In this document: positions 30,601 to 38,855 of the stretch, one piece after another
Layout: each line of letters begins with the position of its first letter
How positions within the stretch are numbered: position 1 is the first letter of the stretch
DNA from: a virus
Lineage: Duplodnaviria; Caudoviricetes
IMG/VR virus record: IMGVR_UViG_3300020596_001154
Coordinates: 848 to 64,847 of that record
Direction: 5' to 3' (one strand)
DNA: 64,000 bases
Position numbers and translations under genes: made by a program
Notes under the pieces: generated by a model
The model's input: the letters and a program-made list of their open reading frames with translations, nothing else
What the model was told of the DNA's origin: nothing
Database searches by the model: none

Positions 30601-30668
30601 ATGAAACAGGTACTTACGACTACAGACAGTACTCAGAAACATGTTAAACTGAACTGGGGGAGAATATA

Positions 30669-30824
30669 ATGGGCTTTGGTAACTGTCCCTTTGGGCAACA
30701 CCCTTTTGGTCATGGATGTGCAACTGTAACTTTAGTTGACAATATCTTTATTGAAGGCTTTAAAGCCACTCTTGACACTGAGATCCCTAATCCCCCACGA
30801 GCCACAAAGGCTATAGAGGAGTAA
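30669..30824 (+). CDS. 51-aa protein with GFG..PFG..PFG motif (absent from ORF track)
   Basis: MGFGNCPFGQHPFGHGCATV...; GGGGAG RBS; stop abuts next gene. Confidence 0.5.
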   Translation: MGFGNCPFGQHPFGHGCATVTLVDNIFIEGFKATLDTEIPNPPRATKAIEE

Positions 30825-30825
30825 T

Positions 30826-31728
30826 ATGTCCGCACTTATTACATGGAAACCGAATGAAGATTCTGATAATATAACCTCCTATCATATTGAGCGGTCTATT
30901 GTAGGGGTAGAGACTTCAAACGTATCTCCCTATGCTATTACTGCTGGCCAGACTATTCAAATACGTATAGACGGTGGGAACCTACTCACTATAGCTTTAA
31001 ACGCTATTACAAGCGGCGCTGCAACTGCAGCCCAGATAGCTACCATTCTAGACGCAGCCCTAAATGCTCACGGAGGCTCTACCAAAGTTAGCTCTAACGG
31101 AACGAAAGTTATTATCTACTCTAACCGACAGACAGATAGAGGTGGAGTTAATATAAAGGGTGGTACAGCCCTTGCAGGGTTAGGAATCCTTGCAGGCATA
31201 CGCAAGTTTCAATCAGAAGTTGTTGATATTGCTCAAGTTTCACATCCGACCGATACTTATACAGATGAAGATGGTGACGCAGGATATCAATACAGACTCA
31301 GAGCTGAGAACTCTTCCTCGGCCCTTTCAGGGCCTACAGCATGGTTCTCCCCGTTCAAAGAGGTTATCCCAACTTCAGTGATCTACGGCTATTTAATTGA
31401 CCCTGAAGGAAAGGCCCTGGAAGACACCAGGGTACAGTTTGGTCCTCCCATCAACAAAAGACCCTCTGATGATGCACTAAGCGGCTTCCAGCCTAATTCC
31501 TCAGCCCAGGTAGGCATTTCCCTAGATCATAAAGAAGTTTACTCTGATGCAAACGGTTACTTCCAGTTTGTAGTCCCAGCTAACACGCCTATACGGATTA
31601 AGATTGACTCCGTAGGCCATGACTTTGTATATAAAACTCCTACTGCTGGGTCACAAAAAGACTTTACCGACCTAACAGAAGCTACCTCCTACGCAAGTTT
31701 TGCACTAGAAGGTGGATGGGGCATCTAA
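30826..31728 (+). CDS. Virion structural protein (FN3/Ig-like and carboxypeptidase-regulatory-like domains)
   Basis: ITW..ITSYHIERS..YTD..YQYRLRAENS; GYLIDPEGKAL..SDANGYFQF. Confidence 0.55.
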   Translation: MSALITWKPNEDSDNITSYHIERSIVGVETSNVSPYAITAGQTIQIRIDGGNLLTIALNAITSGAATAAQIATILDAALNAHGGSTKVSSNGTKVIIYSNRQTDRGGVNIKGGTALAGLGILAGIRKFQSEVVDIAQVSHPTDTYTDEDGDAGYQYRLRAENSSSALSGPTAWFSPFKEVIPTSVIYGYLIDPEGKALEDTRVQFGPPINKRPSDDALSGFQPNSSAQVGISLDHKEVYSDANGYFQFVVPANTPIRIKIDSVGHDFVYKTPTAGSQKDFTDLTEATSYASFALEGGWGI

Positions 31729-32503
31729 GGTGAGTAACTTAAGTTTACAGTTTTTAGGCCCGATTAATTATAAAGCCGAGATTCCTGAATCCCGGCTGTT
31801 TTTTCCACAGACAGGGGTAGCTATGCAGATGATTGAACTAAGAAGAAACGACAAACGGAGCTTCAATGTTCTTGTTAAGGACAATTTCGCCCGAGTCGTA
31901 AACTTACAAGGGGCTAGTATAAAGTTCGTCCTTAGGTCCAGAGATGCTATCCTAGGCCCAGACGGTGAGAGAGTCATTGTTGCCACACAGGAAGCTGTAA
32001 CTATCTATGATCAGCTATCTTATGAGCACATAGGCCAGTTCAATGTTGTATTAGGTGAGGATGCTACTGAGACTGCAGGACAGTATAGAGCAGAGTTTCA
32101 AGTACAACTCAAAGGCATTGCCCAGAACAGAAAGACCCCAGAGTATGCTCTAGCGGATGACCAGACCCTCGTTTTGCTCGTTGACGGTGAAGAGCAGACC
32201 ATTACTTTTGACTCTAACGATTTTGTTGATATATCTAATGCCACAGCTGCAGAAGTCGTGGCGGCTATTAATGCCCAGATTACAGGAGCTATTGCTTACG
32301 TGGTCCGGGCTAATATATGTGATAGCTATATTTTGATCCATTCGACCTCAGAGAACGGGTCTATTCAGGCCCACAGCGGGTCTGCTATCGATGCTCTAGG
32401 GTTCAACACCCTACTTCAAAGAGACCAAACAGTAAGCTTGCCAGATGAAACACTTATTGTTAATATCAAAGAAGATCTAGACGAGCAGGAAGTTATAGAC
32501 TAA
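31712..32503 (+). CDS. Virion structural protein (BppU-like N-terminus)
   Basis: LRRNDKR..VNLQGASIKF..TETAGQYRAEFQV. Confidence 0.45.
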   Translation: MDGASKVSNLSLQFLGPINYKAEIPESRLFFPQTGVAMQMIELRRNDKRSFNVLVKDNFARVVNLQGASIKFVLRSRDAILGPDGERVIVATQEAVTIYDQLSYEHIGQFNVVLGEDATETAGQYRAEFQVQLKGIAQNRKTPEYALADDQTLVLLVDGEEQTITFDSNDFVDISNATAAEVVAAINAQITGAIAYVVRANICDSYILIHSTSENGSIQAHSGSAIDALGFNTLLQRDQTVSLPDETLIVNIKEDLDEQEVID

Positions 32504-32519
32504 TAGAAAGTGTAGCATT

Positions 32520-32741
32520 ATGAAAGTACATTTAGTATTCACCCTGCCGGAAGACAAAGCTGACCATAAATCGGCCCTGGAGGGGCCTTCTATGGCAATA
32601 GCTCTACAAGAGATTTACGATCAAATCATACGTAAGCGTCTGAAATATGGAGAGTTATCTGATTCTGACGCGAAACTTCTGGAAGAAATTAAAACAGAAT
32701 TCTTTGAGATACTAGACCAACATGATCTGGAGCTATACTGA
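32520..32741 (+). CDS. Hypothetical phage protein
   Basis: MKVHLVFTLPED..RKRLKYG pattern common in small phage proteins. Confidence 0.55.
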   Translation: MKVHLVFTLPEDKADHKSALEGPSMAIALQEIYDQIIRKRLKYGELSDSDAKLLEEIKTEFFEILDQHDLELY

Positions 32742-32940
32742 TGATGAAGAAGTCTTATATCTGAAACAAAGAATCTCTTTTCTTGAAGCTCAAATCAGCC
32801 TACAGAGTGCATTCAGATCTTACCCACTCAGATCTCAAATGCCCGAATGCCGGCATCACATATATGCAGGCCCGTCATCAAACTGTGTTAACTGTGGCAT
32901 GCAGTGTCCTGTACTCGGGTTTACAGGCCACTTGACTTAA
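32722..32940 (+). CDS. Hypothetical Zn-binding protein
   Basis: CxH..CxxC. Confidence 0.45.
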   Translation: MIWSYTDDEEVLYLKQRISFLEAQISLQSAFRSYPLRSQMPECRHHIYAGPSSNCVNCGMQCPVLGFTGHLT

Positions 32941-32960
32941 ACACATCCACCTCGTATATT
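32932..32960 (+). promoter_or_regulatory. Sigma70-type promoter, probably giving a leaderless SNF2 mRNA
   Basis: TTGACT-17 bp-TATATT; ATG 32968 lies 8 nt downstream with no RBS. Confidence 0.55.
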
Positions 32961-32967
32961 GTATGTT

Positions 32968-34464
32968 ATGAGTGAGATACCTCTTTGGCTTCAGTCTCCA
33001 CCGCCCAATCTGAAGCTCGACCAATTTAAGCTTCCACTGTATCCATTCCAAAATTCTGGGGCAATCTTCTTAGCACAAAACCCCAACAGCCTTTTACGGG
33101 ACTCTGTGGGACTTGGGAAATGCCCACAATCTCTTGCAGCGTTTAATGCTCTTGTACGGAAACAACCCACCTTAAAATGTTTAATCGTAGTCCCGGCTTC
33201 TCTCATCCACCAGTGGAAAGACGAGATTGAGAAATTCACTACTTTCAAATCTATTATCTATCGAGGTCAGAAAAAGACTAGAGATAATATAATGAAAACT
33301 TTTATAAGAGATCCAGAGATCCAGTGCCTTATAACTAACTATGAAATTGTCAGAAGGGACGAGGATAATTTCTTGGATCTACACCGTGAGTTTCCGTACA
33401 TCATTATATTCGACGAGGCCCAGAAAATAAAGAACCACAGATCTAAAACAGCACAGGCAATTAAGCTGCTATCAATGCGCTCTAGTGGAAATAAACTTCT
33501 TACAGCTACACCTGTATTCAATAACGTCCTAGATCTTTACGGACTATTTAAAATAATTAACCCGGCAGTTTTTGGGACGTATGTAAACTTCATGAATAAT
33601 TTTACTAATTATTATATGATGGATATGGGTAGTTACCAAATTCCTGTATACCAAGGCCCTAAAAATATCCCGCTACTTAAAGATAAAATCAAGGGCTATG
33701 TATTTGGCCGAGAAAAAAAAGACGTGTATAATCAACTACCTCCACTCACTTTCTCAGATAGATTTGTTGCCTTACCAGAACATCATCAAGAGATTTATGA
33801 TGCACTTGAGCAAGAGAAGCTAATTGTGGATGATGTTGAAACTAAGGATATCGACAGGCTGGCAGCTCTCACTCACATGCAGAGTTGTGCTGATGCTGTA
33901 GAGCATTTAAACACTACTGTAGCTCCTTCACACCCTAAAATAGACGAGTGTATCCAGATCATTGAAGAAGAGTTTGATGACGACAAAATCATTGTGTACT
34001 CTAAGTTTACCCGGACAATAGACATTCTAAATGCAGAACTAAAGAAAAAGAATATCGCCCACTTTAACATTGACGGCAGAATAGACGCAGCCCAAAGAGA
34101 TGCGAATAAGAAAGCGTGGGAAAATCATCCTGGAAAAGCCATCCTAGTTATCAGCTCTGCTGGTGGGGCTGGTTTAAATCTGCAAGCTGCTGGGACTATC
34201 ATCTTTTTAAACCGACCCTGGTCTTACGGAGAGCTATTACAAGTTTGCGGACGTATCCATAGAATCGGGACTAAGCATGAGAAATTGCTGATCATTAACT
34301 TATACTGTGAAGGCACCATTGACGAAGACATAAGAGATACGTTAAAGTCAAAGGAAGCCGTGTTTAATCGCCTATTCATTCAGGGAGGAGAAAATCTTGC
34401 AGAAAAAGACTTCAGCAGAGAAATCTGGAACAAAGCCTATCAAAGAGCTACTGCAAAAATTTAA
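32968..34464 (+). CDS. SNF2/DEAD-box superfamily 2 helicase
   Basis: LYPFQ, DSVGLGK, DEAQKIKN, LTATPVFN, GLNLQAA, QVCGRIHRIG. Confidence 0.9.
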   Translation: MSEIPLWLQSPPPNLKLDQFKLPLYPFQNSGAIFLAQNPNSLLRDSVGLGKCPQSLAAFNALVRKQPTLKCLIVVPASLIHQWKDEIEKFTTFKSIIYRGQKKTRDNIMKTFIRDPEIQCLITNYEIVRRDEDNFLDLHREFPYIIIFDEAQKIKNHRSKTAQAIKLLSMRSSGNKLLTATPVFNNVLDLYGLFKIINPAVFGTYVNFMNNFTNYYMMDMGSYQIPVYQGPKNIPLLKDKIKGYVFGREKKDVYNQLPPLTFSDRFVALPEHHQEIYDALEQEKLIVDDVETKDIDRLAALTHMQSCADAVEHLNTTVAPSHPKIDECIQIIEEEFDDDKIIVYSKFTRTIDILNAELKKKNIAHFNIDGRIDAAQRDANKKAWENHPGKAILVISSAGGAGLNLQAAGTIIFLNRPWSYGELLQVCGRIHRIGTKHEKLLIINLYCEGTIDEDIRDTLKSKEAVFNRLFIQGGENLAEKDFSREIWNKAYQRATAKI

Positions 34465-34564
34465 TGTTGTGATTTATAAATCACCTACAGGACTTCAGTA
34501 TATAAAAGAAGATCATGGAACAAACCAACACCCTCCAGTAGTTTTGCTAAAAAGTATTTGGGAA

Positions 34565-34673
34565 GCCCTAGGCAAACACAAAGATTCTAAAGCAGCTTAC
34601 AAGGCCTACCTAGCAGACAAGAAGGCATCAACAAAAGGAGAAACAAAGTGAACAAAGAATCGGAGATAAAGAC
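34565..34673 (+). repeat. Left copy of 109-bp imperfect direct repeat flanking the HEAT gene
   Basis: Gap-free alignment to 35872-35980. Confidence 0.85.
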
Positions 34674-35958
34674 AGCTGCTCTCATTAAAGCTCTCAAAGA
34701 TAAAGATCGGGGTGTTCGCTTGTCTGCTGCCAAAGCCCTAAGCAATCACACAGACTCTAAAGCTACCAACGCTCTCATTAAAGCTCTCGAAGATAAAAAT
34801 CTACATGTTCGCTGGTATGCTGCCGTAGCTCTAGGCAAACACAAAGATTCTAAAGCTACCGATGCCCTCATTAAAGCTCTCAAAGGTAAAAATCTACATG
34901 TTCGCTGGTATGCTACCATAGCCCTAGGCAAACACAAAGATTCTAAAGCAGCTACCGATGCTCTCATTGAAGCTTTCGAAGATCAAGATTCGGGTGTTCG
35001 CATGTCTGCTGCCAGAGCCCTAGGCAATCACAAAGATTCTAAAGCAGCTACTGATGCTCTCATTAAAGCTCTCCGAGATGAAGATTGGTATGTTCGCAAG
35101 TCTGCTACCATAGCCCTAGGCACTCGCACAGATTCTAAAGCCGCTACCTATGCTCTCATTAAAGCTCTCGAAGATCAAGATTCGGGTGTTCGCTGGTATG
35201 CTACCATAGCCCTAGGCAAACACAAAGATTCTAAAGCCGCTATCGATGCTCTCCTTAAAGCTCTCAAAGATGAAGATCGGAGTGTTCGCTTGTATGCTGC
35301 CAAAGCTCTAGGCAAACACAAAGATTCTAAAGTTACCGATGCTCTCATTAAAGCTCTCGAAGATAAAGATTGGTATGTTCGCAAGTCTGCTGCCATAGCC
35401 CTAGGCAATCACAAAGATTCTAAAGCGGCTACCGATGCTCTCATTAAAGCTCTCGAAGATAAAGATTGGTATGTTCGCAAGTCTGCTATCATAGCCCTAG
35501 GCACTCGCACAGATTCTAAAGCCGCTACCGATGCTCTCCTTAAAGCTTTCGAAGATAAAGATTGGCATGTTCGCTGGTCTGCTGCCTTAGCCCTAGGCAA
35601 TCACAAAGATTCTAAAGCTACCGATGCTCTCCTTAAAGCTCTCAAAGATGAAAATCCGGGTGTTCGCTGGTATGCTATCGACGCCCTAGGCAATCACAAA
35701 GATTCTAAAGCCGCTACCGATGCTCTCCTTAAAGCTCTCGAAGATAAAGATCCGAATGTTCGCAGGTATGCTGCCATAGCCATAGGCAAACACAAAGATT
35801 TTAAAGCTACCGATGCTCTCCTTAAAGCTCTCAAAGATAAAGATTGGTATGTTCGCAGGTATGCTGCCAGAGCCCTAGGCAATTACAAAGATTCTAAAGC
35901 AGCACACAAGGGGTTCAATGCAGACGAGAAGGCTTTTAAAAAAGGAGAAACAGAATGA
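34648..35958 (+). CDS. HEAT-repeat (PBS-lyase/alphaRep-like) protein, 13 repeats
   Basis: ALIKALxDxDxxVRxxAxxALGxHKDSK(A)ATD x13; GTG start with AAGGAG RBS. Confidence 0.9.
   Translation: MNKESEIKTAALIKALKDKDRGVRLSAAKALSNHTDSKATNALIKALEDKNLHVRWYAAVALGKHKDSKATDALIKALKGKNLHVRWYATIALGKHKDSKAATDALIEAFEDQDSGVRMSAARALGNHKDSKAATDALIKALRDEDWYVRKSATIALGTRTDSKAATYALIKALEDQDSGVRWYATIALGKHKDSKAAIDALLKALKDEDRSVRLYAAKALGKHKDSKVTDALIKALEDKDWYVRKSAAIALGNHKDSKAATDALIKALEDKDWYVRKSAIIALGTRTDSKAATDALLKAFEDKDWHVRWSAALALGNHKDSKATDALLKALKDENPGVRWYAIDALGNHKDSKAATDALLKALEDKDPNVRRYAAIAIGKHKDFKATDALLKALKDKDWYVRRYAARALGNYKDSKAAHKGFNADEKAFKKGETE
34678..35900 (+). repeat. Tandem array of 93/96-bp units
   Basis: Near-invariant blocks GTTCGC, GCCCTAGGC, GATTCTAAAG. 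Confidence 0.95.
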
Positions 35959-35980
35959 CCAAAGAATCGGAGATAAAGAC
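35872..35980 (+). repeat. Right copy of 109-bp direct repeat
   Basis: Matches 34565-34673. Confidence 0.85.
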
Positions 35981-36104
35981 CGCCTACCTATCAGCACGTC
36001 ATGCTTACGCTGGGGCTCGAAATAACTACTATGTAGCACGTGATGCTTACACATTAGCAAGTGATGGTCTAGACCACTACGGCGAGTTAAACAGAAGAAA
36101 ATAA
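35955..36104 (+). CDS. 49-aa heptad-repeat microprotein (absent from ORF track)
   Basis: MTKESEIKTA-YLSARHA-YAGARNN-YYVARDA-YTLASDG-...; ATGA and TAATG overlaps; RBS. Confidence 0.6.
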   Translation: MTKESEIKTAYLSARHAYAGARNNYYVARDAYTLASDGLDHYGELNRRK

Positions 36105-36676
36105 TGAGCGAAAATAAAAAACTACACAGTTATGAAGGCGAGAAAGCCACAAGGACCGGAGCTTACTACGAAAAGCTCCTGAAGAAGTTCTGTGGCCCAG
36201 ACTATCATAACTTACTTAGACCACAGAAGAGATCAGAAGTCCGACAGTTTCTTAGGTTTAGTAAGACTTCACTAGTCTACGGCATTCCCCAGGAAGTCAA
36301 TTGCTTTCGAACCGAAGCTTTCAATATTATCGTACACAACCATTTAACTGCCGTTAGAACTAACGACACAGCCCTAGTCAAATTAAACTTCCATGAACTA
36401 GGAGAGTTACCAGACACCACTATTGAAAACAGCATGGAACTTTTAACCCCAGATTTCCTTTGGCTAGATATCTGTACCACGAAAAATTCCTTCATCCCAC
36501 ATCAAATTATGTTGATAGTTAACATGCGAATGGAACAAGGCAAGCGTACAGTGATCTACTCTCCAGCAGCGGATGACCGGGCTTGGCAGCGTCTATATGA
36601 ATCAGACGTTTTCATTAAGTTCCTGAATAGGTTTAAAGAAAAGTCACAGGCTCTCGAAGTTAAGGGGTACGAATGA
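36104..36676 (+). CDS. Hypothetical; possible degenerate DnaC-like helicase loader
   Basis: DFLWLD..RMEQGKRTVIYS resembles the DnaC/IstB C-half; upstream of DnaB; no Walker A. Confidence 0.35.
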   Translation: MSENKKLHSYEGEKATRTGAYYEKLLKKFCGPDYHNLLRPQKRSEVRQFLRFSKTSLVYGIPQEVNCFRTEAFNIIVHNHLTAVRTNDTALVKLNFHELGELPDTTIENSMELLTPDFLWLDICTTKNSFIPHQIMLIVNMRMEQGKRTVIYSPAADDRAWQRLYESDVFIKFLNRFKEKSQALEVKGYE

Positions 36677-38019
36677 GCGAAGCAACACAATATTCCTATA
36701 ACGTTCTTTCAGGCTTATTCTCTGATAGAGTAATTAAACTGAAAGCGCAGATCAAGCAGAGCTACTTCACAGACCCAGCTCAAATGCAGCTATACACTTT
36801 CTGCACTGAATTTTATGCGAGTACTAAAACTGTACCAACAGTTCAAGTTGTAGAAGATGCATTTAAAGATAAACTGTGGGACATCCAACAAGAAGTAAAG
36901 ACAATTCTCGGCAAGCTCAATGTACTAATTGATGACGCCCTTTTCGAACACTCACTACAGAATTTCATACAAGACCATAAGATTTCACTCCTGGTCAGTA
37001 ACTCAAAAAAGGTCGCAAATGTACAGTCCATTGGCTTCGACAAAGTGCTAGATGATACTCGTAAAGTCCTGAACACAATTACCGGCATTGAGAATTCAAA
37101 GCTCAATATCTACAACTCTGATATTAAAGATGATGTTGACTCCTTCTTAACGAGAACGTTCGATAAGACTATTGATACTCCGGGCATCCCTGTTAGAAAT
37201 CCCATCATCAACAGAATTACTGGTGGTATGCAGCCGAAGCGCCTGTGGGTTATAGCTGGAGCTTCGGGTGAATGTAAGTCTACCTATCTTAAAAATCTAG
37301 CGTACGATTCTTTAATCGCTGGCGCTAATACTTTCTACTGTACTGTGGAAGAAGACCAAGATCAGGTTCTTAGAGTACTAACTACTATTCACGTCTTTAG
37401 AAAGTATAGTGTTATCCTAGAATCTGCCAAATATAAAACCTACACTGCTGAGGAAGAAAAACTATTCAGACAAGCCCAAGAAGACTTCCTTAGCTTGAGC
37501 AGCAACATAACTATTTTTGAATTGCCGCAACGCTATAGCTACTCTAATTTTGAGAGCATGTTAACGCAACAGAACTCAATCAAAAAGATCGACGCAGTAT
37601 TTCTAGATTACTTACTGCTCCTAAAGCCGGACAGTAAAAGATCTCAGCAGCATGAAGAGAGTGAACAGCTCTACAATGAAGCTAGACAGCTGGCTAATGG
37701 ATTCGACGGGGGCCGTGGTATATTTGTTTGTACCGCCCACCAAGTTAATCGAGAAGGCTGGAAGAAGGCTAAGAAACGTGGTCATTATGTAGCCGAGGAT
37801 TTAGCCAAGACAGTAGCAGCACAACAAGCCCCAGATTTAGTTATTGCTAATTATCTTGATCCTGAGCTTAGATCTCAAAATGAACTCAGACAAAACCTGC
37901 TAAAGAACAGAGGTGGAGAATTCTACAATGAACCTTGGATCTGTCCCATTCAGTTAGAGTGTGGAATTATCAACCCTCCTCTTGATATGGATGACATTCC
38001 AAAAGACCTTAAGCTATGA
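36673..38019 (+). CDS. Replicative DNA helicase (DnaB/gp41 family)
   Basis: GASGECKS Walker A, FLDYLLLL, AHQVNREG, LKNRGG. Confidence 0.85.
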   Translation: MSEATQYSYNVLSGLFSDRVIKLKAQIKQSYFTDPAQMQLYTFCTEFYASTKTVPTVQVVEDAFKDKLWDIQQEVKTILGKLNVLIDDALFEHSLQNFIQDHKISLLVSNSKKVANVQSIGFDKVLDDTRKVLNTITGIENSKLNIYNSDIKDDVDSFLTRTFDKTIDTPGIPVRNPIINRITGGMQPKRLWVIAGASGECKSTYLKNLAYDSLIAGANTFYCTVEEDQDQVLRVLTTIHVFRKYSVILESAKYKTYTAEEEKLFRQAQEDFLSLSSNITIFELPQRYSYSNFESMLTQQNSIKKIDAVFLDYLLLLKPDSKRSQQHEESEQLYNEARQLANGFDGGRGIFVCTAHQVNREGWKKAKKRGHYVAEDLAKTVAAQQAPDLVIANYLDPELRSQNELRQNLLKNRGGEFYNEPWICPIQLECGIINPPLDMDDIPKDLKL

Positions 38020-38141
38020 GTTTACGAGAAATATATAGTAGATTTGAACTAGAGTTTCACGTAGACTTACCCAGTGTATATTTTGGAGTTGTACATAACC
38101 ACTTGGGGTTCAATCAATGGGTTTGGAGTATTCATAGATGA
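38016..38141 (+). CDS. Microprotein family member 1 (41 aa)
   Basis: MSLREIYSRFELEF...WVWSIHR; ATGA overlaps at both ends. Confidence 0.6.
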   Translation: MSLREIYSRFELEFHVDLPSVYFGVVHNHLGFNQWVWSIHR

Positions 38142-38281
38142 GCGTTGACGAAGTATACAAGTGTTTTAACCTGCACTTTTACAGAGCCGATGATAACGCA
38201 GGTGGATGGTGTGGCCTCTATAACTCCGACAAATTCGGACCCAAATTCAGCTATCTCTGGTGGATCGGAGTATTTAAGTGA
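38138..38281 (+). CDS. Microprotein family member 2 (47 aa)
   Basis: MSVDEVYKCFNLHF...GLY...YLWWIGVFK. Confidence 0.6.
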   Translation: MSVDEVYKCFNLHFYRADDNAGGWCGLYNSDKFGPKFSYLWWIGVFK

Positions 38282-38412
38282 TGAGCCTAGAAAGAGTACT
38301 GATTAGCTTTGGCCTAGAGTGCCGAGTCAACTATTTCTGGTTTGGAATACATCGAGTCACCGCACCAGTCTACACAATAATCTGGGATATGTCTTTGAGG
38401 CCAACCAAATGA
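38281..38412 (+). CDS. Microprotein family member 3 (43 aa)
   Basis: MSLERVLISFGLEC...FGIH...IIWDM; ATGA overlap with next gene. Confidence 0.6.
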   Translation: MSLERVLISFGLECRVNYFWFGIHRVTAPVYTIIWDMSLRPTK

Positions 38413-38855
38413 ATGGGCTTAAGTTTACACTACAAGTATTAAAAGACTACGGCTACGAGATCCCGCAGATCAATAGAAACATCTGCTGCCTTTTCCATGA
38501 AGAAACTCGTCCATCAGCCAGACTCTACGAAACAGGAAGCTACCACTGCTGGTCAGGTAAGTGTGGCGCACACTTCTCCGATGGCCTAGGCGCTATCATG
38601 CAGATTGAGGGCTGTCACTACAAAGACGCACTGACAATTGCTGGGAATAGATACGGATTTCAAGTACCTGAAAAAGACATGGTATCTATGAAAGAGTTTT
38701 ATTCACTAGAAGAGGCAATAGTAAAAAAGGTTATCGAACAAAAACCTATGCTATTCTTGTCAGTCTACAAAACTTTAGATACAATCATATCAGAACGTGA
38801 TTTAGATAAAATGAAAAAGCTTTATACAAAACTATCTCAAGGAGAAATTAAGTGA
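38409..38855 (+). CDS. Primase zinc-binding domain (CHC2), stand-alone
   Basis: CCLFHEETRPSARLY..YHCWSGKCG; start moved to ATG 38409. Confidence 0.75.
   Translation: MNGLKFTLQVLKDYGYEIPQINRNICCLFHEETRPSARLYETGSYHCWSGKCGAHFSDGLGAIMQIEGCHYKDALTIAGNRYGFQVPEKDMVSMKEFYSLEEAIVKKVIEQKPMLFLSVYKTLDTIISERDLDKMKKLYTKLSQGEIK

Noticed and set aside
34678-35900. CRISPR array
   Set aside because: Units are in-frame coding repeats with no unique spacers and no cas operon
34565-35980. Left and right 109-bp repeats as a DGR template/variable pair
   Set aside because: Mismatches are not confined to adenines of one copy (C/T and CC/GG differences occur), and there is no reverse transcriptase in the window
38319-38408. 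ORF-track N-terminal extension of the primase Zn-finger gene
   Set aside because: It overlaps microprotein 3; ATG 38409 in an ATGA overlap is the more plausible start
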